64,000 bases of DNA from Heteronotia binoei. Its lineage: Eukaryota. Positions 31,001-43,000 of the stretch are shown piece by piece. The position numbers were made by a program, and so were the translations under genes. Below the pieces are notes generated by a model that saw only the letters and a program-made list of their open reading frames with translations, was not told the DNA's origin and did no database searches. The stretch's first letter is position 1; each line of letters opens with the position of its first letter. The stretch is taken from NCBI RefSeq assembly GCF_032191835.1, contig NC_083240.1:248001-312000 (forward strand), given 5' to 3'.

Positions 31001-34000
31001 CGCCTTTCATACTCATCTAGGTCTTTCTTTGGACTGCCAAACTTCTCAGACTTTGCTATTTCCATTTCCATTTGCTGCTTTAATCTGCGACTTTGCTCCA
31101 TTTGTTTCCGATAACTCTGTGTATGATCAATGTCAATAGGAATTTTCTCCTCCATATCCGACGACAGGGGCTTCACTTGGACGTGTCTGTGGTCAGGCAT
31201 TTCCTCTGGAAGACTGCAGTAGTTCTTCCGTACATCGTCTCTCTCTGCTCCTTGATCACCTAACAGCTGGGGGTGTCTGTGCTGCAGCTTCACTGAACTG
31301 AACTTCCTTGAAGAAGGGATCTCAAGGGCTTCCACAAGCTCATCGACTGGCTCTCCCAGCCTGGCCTGCAGCTCTAAACTGGGCCGCAAACCAACAGCTG
31401 CAGAAATGCTTGCAGGCTCCGAAGTATCTTTGGGACTGGCAACAGGAAATAGTCTTTCCACCTTTATTTTCTTAGAATCCCTTTTCAATGTTTCTTTCCT
31501 CAAGGACTTCCGTTCAGATTCCACTGACACATCAGGCTGCTTTTTCAAAACCACGCGTGCCGCCACTGCCGCCTCCTCCTCCTCCTGAAAAATTCTTTTG
31601 GTTTCCATTTTTTGCCTCTCGGGCTTCAGGTTTACATCTGCAAAGCGCCTTTTGCGAGCCTCCAACTTTTCCAGGTCAACTGGGTTTGTAACTTCACTCA
31701 GTTGTTCTGCTTTCATGTGTTTCTTGGGCTTGAGTTTCCCGTCCTTATCAACTACTTCAACATGGCTGGCAAGGATCTTTTCCTTTGGCACCTTCGCTCT
31801 GATGGGCTCCAGCCTCAGCTGCTCTGACTTGGCTAGCTCTGCCTGAAACACCTGCAGCTTTGGCTCCAGCAAGGGAGACTTCATGGTGTCATTTTCTTGC
31901 TTCCCTCTCAGTTTCTCCATAGCCAGCTGGTCAATCACTTTCCCTTCCTTCTCCTTGACTCGAGTCAACACTACACATGGCATCAGTTCGAGGCGGTTCT
32001 TAGCTGGCCCTTCTTTTTCAGTTCTCTCCCTGCTCTGCTTACTACTGCCTTTTAACCTCTCTGGACTGGGCTCTCTCTCATTTTCTTGGTCTGTCTCAGA
32101 AGACTGAGAGCTGGGAGAATGAATTTTGGCTTTTCGTTTCTGTTTGTCCATTTTATCTTTTTCAAGTTTTTCTGTTTTATCTTTCCTAACCAGCCGCTTG
32201 TCTTTGTCAGGTCTCTCTTGCTCAAAGGCTCTCTCTTTTTCTGCCTTCTCCACTTTTGCATAGCGCTCCAGACGGGCTTTGTCCAGCTTTTCATAGCGTG
32301 GTGGAGAAAGTGAGCTGCAGCTACCACTTCGCTCTGAAGACCTGCTGTAAATCCTCCTCTCAGAGTCACTCTGAAGTCTCTCGGACTGTGACGGAGATGC
32401 TCCTGGGCTTTGGGGCCGACGGGAATGAGGACTCTGACTCCGCTCAATAGGCCTCCTTTCATGGTCCCGGTCAGTTTCGAATCGCTCCCGCTCCCGCTGC
32501 CTGTAACTGTATTCCCTGATGTCTTGTTCGTAAGGGTCACCTCTGTAATCTCTGTATTCCCGCGGGTCATCATAGTAGCGTGGGTCATAATAGTCTCCCT
32601 GGTAAGGATCCCAGTCTGCATAGAATTCCCGACCACGAGCTGGATACTCTCTTCGAGGATCTTCAGGATATGTCCCTGGTGTCCTCACGGCCTCATAGTA
32701 AGTGCGGTCAGCAGCATAGTCATAAGATCCTCTTCTTTCGTCTCTGCCAAAACCAAGGACACCAAGAAATTAGCTGGCTCCCAACTGAAGGTCACCACAT
32801 ACAGCAATAGTCAGGTTAATTAAAGCAAGCATCACTCAGAGCCATTTTCTGTGTAGCAAGAGCTTCTCCTAAACTGATCTGACACCGCGCACTTTCAGGA
32901 AGCTCTGAAGAGCTACTCTAGGGGCATCCTTCCTCTCATGTGTCCTTTTTTTGGTGGGGGGGAGAGGAGTGCTCATATGATGTGCTCACTGAAATCACAT
33001 AGAAGAAGAAGATGATATTGGATTTATATCCCCCCGCCCTCCACTCCGAAGAGTCTCAGAGTGGCTCACAATCTCCTTTCCCTTCTCCCCCACAACAGAC
33101 ACCCTGTGAGGTAGAAGAAGATATTGGATTTATATCCCGCCCTCCACTCCGAAGAGTCTCAGAGCGGCTCACAATCTCCTTTCCCTTCCTTCCCCACAAC
33201 AGACACCCTGTGAGGTGGGTGGGGCTGGAGAGGGCTCTCACAGCAGCTGCCCTTTCAAGGACAACCTCTGCCAGAGCTATGGCTGACCCAAGGCCATTCC
33301 AGCAGGTGCAAGTGGAGGAGTAGGGAAAACCCAGTTCTCCCAGATAAGAGTCCACACACTTAACCACTACACCAAACTGGCAAGCAAGAAACAAGGAGGA
33401 GCTGAGATTACTTGGTTCCCCTTGAGAACGGTGTTGGGAAAAGGCAAGGCTGATTCCATCTGAGGAACCCTCTTCTGGTGTGTTAGAGGAAGCAGCCCCT
33501 ATCTGCCAAAACCTTGCCACTAAAGGTATGGCACTGGCCAAATGAATATTTAAAAAGGGGAAACTGAGTGGCAATAATGGGGAAACAATCCAGTTCAGTC
33601 TCTAAATGAGTTGGGCATTAGTGGGCCAACACCCAACTCTCATCTTTAAATGGCAGCCTCCCCCCCACACCAGGCCTTCATAGGCAGCAGAGCTCAGACA
33701 CCAGGAGGGAGGCAAAGAGCACACCATCAAGACACTTCTGGTTTTTCTCAGGCCCATTTTAAGAAATCTAAATTACATTATACAAAATGATACTGAGTGA
33801 TACTTGAAGACCCCTCTCCTATATAGTGATTGAACAGTCCATATGCTACAAACTGCCTTCCCTATGTATGTTCAATATTTATATTATAGATGGGGTGCCA
33901 CTAATACCGGCCCCTAAGGTCAAGAGCTTGGGAGTGCTCCCGGGGTTTTCTGTGAACAATCAGCACAGTCAACAACCATCTTCCTTATCTTCAAACCCCT

Positions 34001-37000
34001 TCCAACCCTCCCAGCAATTAACACAGAACAATGGTCACATCCAACAGCCAGTTTCCTTATCACTACCCTTCCAGGAAGCCCCACCAAACAATGGGCACAT
34101 CCACAAACCAATTGCTCTTTCATCACACCCCCTCCAGCCTAGAAATAGCAGCTCTCCAGCAGCCCTGGCCCCACTCAATGCACAGCAGCCAAGAAGGTCT
34201 GAGTGCCTGCTCCGGCTGCAACGCCACTGAGGATGTTCTCCGCAGCTGAGAACGAAACGTCTGGAAGGAAAACTTTCTCCAGTAGAACACGGCACTTGAT
34301 CCCGAAAGATTCTACAAACCCTAACATTCATTTTATTTAAAACCTATAAAAGATAATTACAATTTAAAATTTAAAAAAAAATTCATGGTGCTGTATCACT
34401 ACAATATAATATAAGTGGTGATCACCTGGTACTCTATAATGATGTCGGGTGGCAGCTCTCTCCCGGTTAGATCTCAAAGGCCTGTCAAAACAGTTCGGTC
34501 TTACGGGCCCTGCAGAAAGTAGAGAGATCCCGCAGGGCCCTTATGGCCTCCGGGAGAGCATTCCACAATTCTGGTGCTGCCACCGAGAAGGCCCTGGCTC
34601 GCGTCAGCTGCAACCTGGCCTCCTTTGGTCTGGGGATGGACAATAGATTTTTTGTCCCTGAACGCAGTGCTCTCTGGGGAACATGTGGAGAAAGGCGGTC
34701 CCGCAGATAGACAGGCCCCTGACCATAGAGGGCTTTAAAGGTCAATACCAACACCTTGAAATGGACTCAGAACACAATAGGTAGCCAGTGCAGCTCTTTC
34801 AGCACTGGCCGAATGTGCTCCCACTGGGGGAGCCCCATTAACAGCCACGCCACAGCACTCTGCACTAGATGAAGTTTCCAAGTCAGCGCCAAGTGTAGCC
34901 CCATGTAGAGAGCATTACAGTGATCTATTCTTGAGGTGACCGTAGCATGGATCACCACTGCTAAGTCATCGTGCTCCAGGAAAGGGGCCAACTGCCGCAC
35001 CTGCTGAAGATGAAAAAAGGCGGATCTAGTAGTGGCTGCTACTTGGGCCTCCATTGTAAGAGAGGACTCAAGGAGCAAACCCAAGCTCTTGACCTTAGGG
35101 GCCAGTATTAGTGACACCCCATCAAGAGCCGGCAGAGGGATCTCCCCCCCGGACCACCCCGACTCAGGTAGAGAACCTCCGTCTTCGTTGGATTCAGCTT
35201 CAACCGACTCAGCCTGAGCCAAGATGCTATGGCTTGAAGAGCCAGGTCTAGATTTTCCAGGGTACCGTCAGCCTGACCACCCATCAATAGATAGAGCTGC
35301 GTGTCGTCTGCATATTGGTGACATCCCAGACCATACCTCCTGACAATCTGGGCAACGGGGCGCATATAGATGTTAAATAACATCAGGGACAGAACCGCAC
35401 CCTGTGGCACACCACATATAAGTGGGTGCCTTCGGGATGATTCCTCCCCTATCACCACCCTTTGTCCCCGATCTTGGAGAAAAGAGGCCAACCACTGTAA
35501 GGCAGACCCCTGAATCCCCACGTCGGCAAGGCGGCTAGTCAGTAGCTGATGGTCAACCATATCAAATGCGGCTGACAGATCTAATAATAACAGCACCACT
35601 GAGCCGCCCCGATCCAGATGTCGCATGAGGTCATCTATGAGGGCGACCAGAACCGTCTCTGTCCCGTGACCTGATCGAAAGCCGGACTGGAATGGATTCA
35701 GTGTGGAAATGTCATCCAGGAATCCCTGTAGCTGAGTTGGCACCGCCTGCTCTATAACTTTACCCAAAAAGGGTAAGTTTGCCAATACGGCCGGATCTGC
35801 AGATGGTTTTTTCAAGAGGGGACGGAGCACAGCCTCTTTAAGAGGTGTGGGAAAGATCCCTTCTACCAGGGATCTGTTGACAATGCCCGGTAGCGGCTCA
35901 CATAACAATGCCTGGCTAGCTTTTATAAGCCAGGAGGGGCATGGGTCCAACCCACAGGTCGTAGGGTATACAGCGAAAAGGATCCTATCGACTTCCTCCA
36001 GGCTGAATGGATTGAAGGAATCTAGAATTGGACCAGAAGATGCGCTCGGTGCCCCAAGTTCTTTCACTGTATCAATTATGGTGGGAAGGTTGCGTCGGAG
36101 CAACGAGACCTTATCTGCAAAAAACTCGCAAAAGCCTCACAGCCAATTTCAATTCTCTAACGTTTGGTTTACCTTGCAGTAAAGTTGTTAATGACCGAAT
36201 TATACTAAACAATTGTGCTGGGAGCAAGGTCGCAGACGTAATCCGGGACGCAAAGTAAGCCTTCTTTGTGGCCCGGACTGCCATCTCATAGGTCTACATA
36301 AAGGACCTATAAGATGTTCTCGTAGCTTCGTCGCGAGTGATTCGCCATTGTCTCTCTAGTCCATCTCAGTCGCTGTTTCATTGATCGCAGCTCCGGTGTA
36401 TACGAGGATGTCGAGGAGCGATCTCGTCAATGGCTGTAGAGAGCTGGCTATTCCAGATCTCCACCAGTTCATCTAATGTGTCACCAGAGGGCCAGGGATC
36501 CCGTAAAGTCATTTGAAGCCACAGAGGGCCCATCTGCCTCTGCGGGTGAGCTAGAACTTGCTCACTGCCTAAACGGGGTAGGGGTGGAGTATCCACACGG
36601 GCCCTCAGGGCATAGTGGTCAGACCATGGCACTGCCTTGGCATAAATCTGATCCACTGCAACTCCCGCCGCAAAGATCAGGTCCAACGTGTGTCCGGCCC
36701 GATGTGTGGGCGCTGTTATATATTGGGAGAGTCCCAGTGCTGCTGATGACACAGCTTTGGTGATCCATGCTACAGTCACCTCGAGAATAGATCACTGTTA
36801 TGCTCTCTACATGGGACTACCCTTGACCCTAACCCGGAGACTACAGCTAGTGCAGAATTCTGCAGCATGGCTGTTGATGGGGCTCCCCAGATGGGAGCAG
36901 AAAGGGCTGCACTGGCTGCCTAATGTTCTGAGTCCCTTTCAAGGTGTTGGTTATGACCTTTAAAGCCTTTTATGGTCGGGGGCCTGCCTATATATGGGAC

Positions 37001-40000
37001 CCGCCTTTCTCTGCATATTCCCCAGAGAGCACTGTGTTCAGGAACACAAAATCTATTGTCTATCCCCGGACCAAAGTAAGCCAGGCTATGCTCCACTCGG
37101 GTTAGGGCTTTTTCAGTGGCGGCACCAGAAATGTTGAATGCCCTCCCAGAGGCCATAAGGGCCCTGCGGGATCTTTCACAATTCCGCAGGGCCTGTAAAA
37201 CTGAACTGTTTCAACAGGCCTTCAGTACCTGAATCCGGGAGAGAACCACCACCTCCCACTGCTGAGGAGCTACAAATATCATGGAATCATCAACAGAAAA
37301 AGAAAGATCCCACCATATCAAAATGTATAGCACCACAAAATGTTTTAAACGTATGTTACTGGTTTTAAGTTGTTTTACATAATTGTTAGCTGCCCTGAGT
37401 CCGCTTGCGGGAGAGGGTGGGATTTAAATAATATAAATAAAGTAATAAAGTAATAAATAAATAAATAAATAAATATCACAATCATTGCTCTTAAGGTGAT
37501 CTGCCTCACAGGTAAACCAAACGTGTGTGCCAAACAGTGTGGCCTGAGTTTTACTCATCTGTCTCAGGATTTATTTTTTTAANNNNNNNNNNNNNNNNNN
37601 NNNNNNNNNNNNNNNNNNNNNNNNNNNNNNNNNNNNNNNNNNNNNNNNNNNNNNNNNNNNNNNNNNNNNNNNNNNNNNNNNNNNNNNNNNNNNNNNNNNN
37701 NNNNNNNNNNNNNNNNNNNNNNNNNNNNNNNNNNNNNNNNNNNNNNNNNNNNNNNNNNNNNNNNNNNNNNNNNNNNNNNNNNNNNNNNNNNNNNNNNNNN
37801 NNNNNNNNNNNNNNNNNNNNNNNNNNNNNNNNNNNNNNNNNNNNNNNNNNNNNNNNNNNNNNNNNNNNNNNNNNNNNNNNNNNNNNNNNNACACACTACT
37901 GTTGTGAGCTCCGTTCGGCTTGGGCAGGGTGGAAAGAACACTTGCCTTCTCTCTGCCAGCATCTCATAGAAGTCTCGGATATCCTGGCCCGTTTTCTCCA
38001 TGGATTGGTAGAATGCCAACTGACTCTCTCGATTGGCAAAATCCACCTGAAAAAGCAGTTCAAGGTCAGTCTTTGGAAGAGTTGCCTCCTGGGTCAGCCA
38101 CAGCACCAGGAAGCCAACCCTGCCTGGGGACTGCAGGCTGCAGCAGTCATGGGCAACACACACAAGCAAAAGAAACAAGGGGGGGGGGGTCTGACACCTC
38201 CAGATCCCACACACTTGACTCCTACTGGCTGGCTGCATGCAGGCTCTCCCTAGGTGATGCCTCCCATCTGGCAGGAAGGGAAATGTGCCCCCCAGGGGCC
38301 ACCCAGCCTGTCCCCCCATTGCAAAGCAAGGCCACTTCCTTCCTCTGAGGCAATGGCCATTCCACCGAGGGAAAAGCATGTCCCACAGCTGATGCTGGGA
38401 AAAGGAGGCACACAGCAGATTCGCCTGCACCCCCATGGGCCTCTGGGCAGGACGGCTGCCCCTGCCCACCTTGAGAGAGACTGGCAGCTAAGCCCTGCAG
38501 CCCAGAGACCTCCAAGGGGGAAACGGAGCCAAGCTGGCAGCACAACCAGGGAGGCCCAGAAGGAACAGCTGAGGAGGAGGCCAAAGAGCAATTTACAATG
38601 ACAACAACAACAACAGTGATGATAATCCAGCCCTTGGGGGGGGGCCCACTAAGCTATTTATTTATTCAGCTCTTTCAGTTTTTCCAGACCTTGATCTTAT
38701 TTCCACCTATCTTCCTCCCCTTGGTCTCTTTTACAGCTGCTTGTGCATATTCTATCTCATTATAGAGAATTAGAGCCATGCCTTTCAAGCGGTCAAACAC
38801 CACCTGTAAAAAAAGCAAAAACAAAAAACGCATAAGAGCCTCATCCACAGGAGTGCCCGCCCACCCTTCTGCCAGGGGAGGGCTGGATGGGAGATGGATG
38901 CAGCATGGTGGAAGGAAAGGCCTTCTGCTTTCCGCCAATAAGGCATCTCTGAGGAGGGGAGGGGAGGGGAGGGGAGGGGAGGGGAAAGGAGGGGAGGGAG
39001 ATAGGAGGGGACGGGAGGGAGAGAGGAAGGGAGAGGAGAGGCAATCGAATGGGACAGGAGGGCCTGCTCTGGACTGCAGAGAGAGGTGCTGCTGCTGCTG
39101 CTGCTGATTCCAACTCTGGTTAGCAAACGCTGCTGCTCCCTACATCTCATCTGTCTCAAATTAATTTTAGGGGTTTTTTTGGGCTATGAGGGTTTGTAAC
39201 TCTGGCAGGAGGCACACAGCCTGCCAGGAAGTTCCACCGTCATTCCCCACAGGGCTTCCGCATGGCCTGCAGCGCTCATCTGCCAGACCCCAAGGGTGGG
39301 CTGCAGGCTAATGACCTGCTGGGGCGAAGGTCAGGCAAGAGCAAGGCGGGTGGGTGGGACAGGCCTCTCTTGCATGCTGCACATCCCACCACATCCAGAA
39401 CGCGAGCCAGGCATCACCTTCCACACCGAGCATGGCTACAACCCCTACAGCTGGAGCTGGTGCCCCCCCCTCCAATTTCAAAGTAGCTATGAAAAGCCAG
39501 AATACAACTTGGGCATTCACTGCTCAGTTTGGCTAGGCTCAGTTCTTTCGCAAACCCAGAAGCTGGAGTAGGAGTGTGGCGCCCTCAAAGGGCAGTGCCA
39601 ACCCAGAGGTGGACTGAGAGCTTGAGGCAGCAAGGCTGCCGAGAAAGGAAGGAAGGAAGGAAGCCAGGAAAGCATCAGGCTAAGAGGCAAGCCTCCCACC
39701 TACCTTGACCACAGGCCCGTAGCGGCAGAAATGGCGATTCAAATACTGGTCCGTTACGTTGGTCGAAAGACCATCTAGCCACACGCAGTTGGTGGGCATG
39801 CTCTTCCCAAAGCCCAGCTGGATGGATGCAAAAGGGCAAAAAGCGCATCAGTAGAGAAGCCCCCAAAGTCCAGGAGACTTTACAAGCAACACATCTGGGG
39901 CAGAGGCCAGCAAGTCATAAGCAGTCTTGTCTTTACAAGTGCTCAAAACCTCATAATAGGGTCCAAATATTTTTGTTTGAAGAGCTTAGGTAGAAAGCGC

Positions 40001-43000
40001 AGGGCAGCACTCCCTTGTCAGAAAAGTGTACACGTAAGAGGAGGAAAGCGCTGAGACCCAGCCAGGGCCTCTGTGCAAAGCTTGCCAATAAATGCCATCC
40101 TGAAGGGCAGAAAAACAGGGAATGACCTAATCTGAGCCACAAACACACAGAAAAACCCTAAGAGGAACAAAACAGAATCCTTCCTACCCCTCCTCTGACC
40201 AGAACTGGTGAAAATGACCCTCTGCCTCTGGAAGCAACAGCTGACCACCAAGGGGAGATCTCTTTACCTTCAGCCGATTATTTCCAAGATACTCCCCGTC
40301 CATTTTCTTGATTGCTTTACACACACTGGCAATGTCGCAGTACTGCAGGAAGGCATATTGGGGGACGCCGTTCACTTTCTTGATGTCAATATCCTGGGGG
40401 AGGAGAGGAGAGGAGAGGAAGGCCACCTGAGATCAAAGCACGATGGAGGATGACCCCGGCGGTCCTGACCATGAGGGAAGAAGCAGGTCTCCACTCAAGC
40501 TTGCCCAGTGGGTGTGCTGTGATTCAGTTTTCCTCCTTCTGGACAAACAAACTGCTGTATTGCTTCAGAAAACCATGACAAGCCCTCCCCCACCCCCACC
40601 CCCACTCAACAACTGAGCTCCCACAACCAGTCCAACTCGCCAGCTCTTCCTCCTCCTCCTCCCCTGATGCCAGCTGGAACCTCCCCCCCCAGAAGGGAAG
40701 CCCTTCCTCCTCATCCTCTGCTCCACCACCTCTGAGGGAAGGCGGAACTCTCTTCCTCGCTCTAGACGGCCTGCCCCCAAGCTGGTTCCCACTGCCAAAC
40801 AAGCCGCCGTGCCCAGGGAAAAAGGCCCACTGGACAACAATGCCCCAGCAGCAGCTGTCAAGAGGAACCCTCACAGTAGAAATGCAACAAATATTATTAG
40901 TTCTTTCTTTTCTCTGTGTTACCTACTTTATTTGCAGCTGAAATCTATGACGTCAGTCAGGGACTGACAAAGAAATCCAGTCCTGGGGGTTTAAGCAAAC
41001 AGAAAAGAACTCTTTGCTCAGCGTTTGCTCACTCTAACACCCAACGCAGGCAAACCATGTTCTTTGAACAGGACAGAGACATAAGCAGGCATGAGAGCTC
41101 TGCTCTGCAGAAGGCTCTTAATGTGCTGCTCTCCAGGGATGAGGAAGCAACCCCTCAAGTATGGTTTGCCTCAAGAAAATTAAAAAACAGTTTACCTTTA
41201 CTCGTTCTTTTTCTAATAAGCTGACACAAGCATTCCTGCAAGATGAAAGCTGTGCACAGAAAGACAAAAATCAGCGTATCACCCCCCCCCCCACGGTACT
41301 TACCACTATTCCTCCAAAACGCTGGAAAATGCTGCGAAGGTCATGATATGTGGTGGTTTTTTCCAGATTGCCAATGAAGAGAGTTCTTGTTGCTTTGGGG
41401 TGAAATTCATCTATCCGTTCATCCAAAGGCCGAAACTCATTCTCGCTTTCTGTTTCTTGAAATGAGAGAATAAAGAGTTATCAGATGTCACCGTCATAAA
41501 AATCTCAATGCATGACTGTGTCAGGAGAGAAGTGTCCTGCTCATCCCCACCCCAGGATCAAACAGGGCCAGACAATTAAAAGCCACCAAAGCCTGCAGAC
41601 TGGCAAACACTGAAGGAAGGAATTCCATTAGCAGAAAGTAGAATTCAACCAACAGCTGAAACAAGGACTGATTTCAGTGCAATTCACTACTTTCCCAAAT
41701 GACAAAAGCCCAACTCAGGCTGAGATTAGATTCTGTGCTCTGTGCTCCTGATGTCATTAGTGGAGAGGGGGGCACCTTTAATCTGCTCCTCTTTCCCCCC
41801 ATCTAACCCACTGGCAGCTGAGTGTCCTGCAAGATCTGCCTAATGAAGCACTGCTCCTGGGTGCTTCTGGACTAGAAAGAAGGCTCCGTGCCACAGGCCA
41901 CCTTCTTCCAAGTCAAGCACAAGCTCTGCTCCCTCCAGGGTCACCACAATGGCTTCATCCCGCTCACCTGGGCCTATCCAGGCTGTAACGTCAATCTGCA
42001 TTCCAAAGAAGAGTTTTCCTTTGGAGGCGTTCAGCGCTTTCTCCTGATCCTCCTGCTGCCGGAAGAACACCAGCCCATAGCGTTCTTCAGAGACCCCGTG
42101 AATCTGTACAGATGTCACCTTCCCATACTTCTTGAACTCGTGGAACAGCCCATCTTTAAGGCTGGTGTCTAAACCCAAGGAGCAAGCCAAACAGCAACAC
42201 CTTGTCACAACACCAGGCATTCATTGCACAAAACACCCACAAGTGGCCACTTTTATTCCTCAGAGGCACGTCCGTGTTTGTGGTGCCACATGAGACACTG
42301 AGGCAGCCTGGCATCCAGTGGCATGCCCAGAGGCCAGCACCCTTCCCCAGTCCAGTCCCTCACTCCCCACCACCACCTCCAGGCAACTCTTGCCCCGGGC
42401 AGCCTAGCAAAGTCCAGGAAGCCAGATGGAAGGCTGCAGATGACAACTCTGCTACTCTCCCTCCCTCCCTCCCTCTGAGAGGAACAGAAACTGAATCATG
42501 GGCTTCTATTACTCAGTTTCTTCATGTGAAAAACTGCTTACTTTTACTCTCAGAAAACAAAGCACAGAGGAGTCCCATCTCCAGTGCTGGGAAAGACCCC
42601 GGCAGCTCCCAGTCTCCCTCCCTGGTGGCAGAAAATGCCATCAGGTCACAGCTGACCAATGGCAACCCAAGGTGGTCAGCAACCCTGGACTTCCTTGTCC
42701 CACTCCCCTCCAAGGATCACCAACCAGGGCTGAAGCTCTGCTGAGCTTCTGAGGTCAAGCTAGCCTAGGCCATCCTGCTCAGCCTCCCTGGCTGCCCAGA
42801 AATCTCCTTCAGCTTAGTATTTGCAATTCATTTTCTGCCGTGGAGCTTCAGGCTGCTTCCACAGGAATTCAGCCCAGAAGACCTCTCCTCCAGACTTCAA
42901 CCAGGCCCAGATCTGTTGAGCTCCTGCCATCCAACCCCCAAAGTATACAGAAAACAGCCCCAGGGGAACATTTCTACGTCAGCTCTGAGTGGTGCCAGAC

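Noticed and set aside
37525-38469. ORFs of 242-296 aa spanning the N run
   Set aside because: Artefacts of translating through the assembly gap; only the 101-nt SPEN exon 10 is real.
39087-39106. (CTG)6 as a polyQ/polyA coding tract
   Set aside because: Short, intronic (SPEN intron 8), and not within any supported exon.
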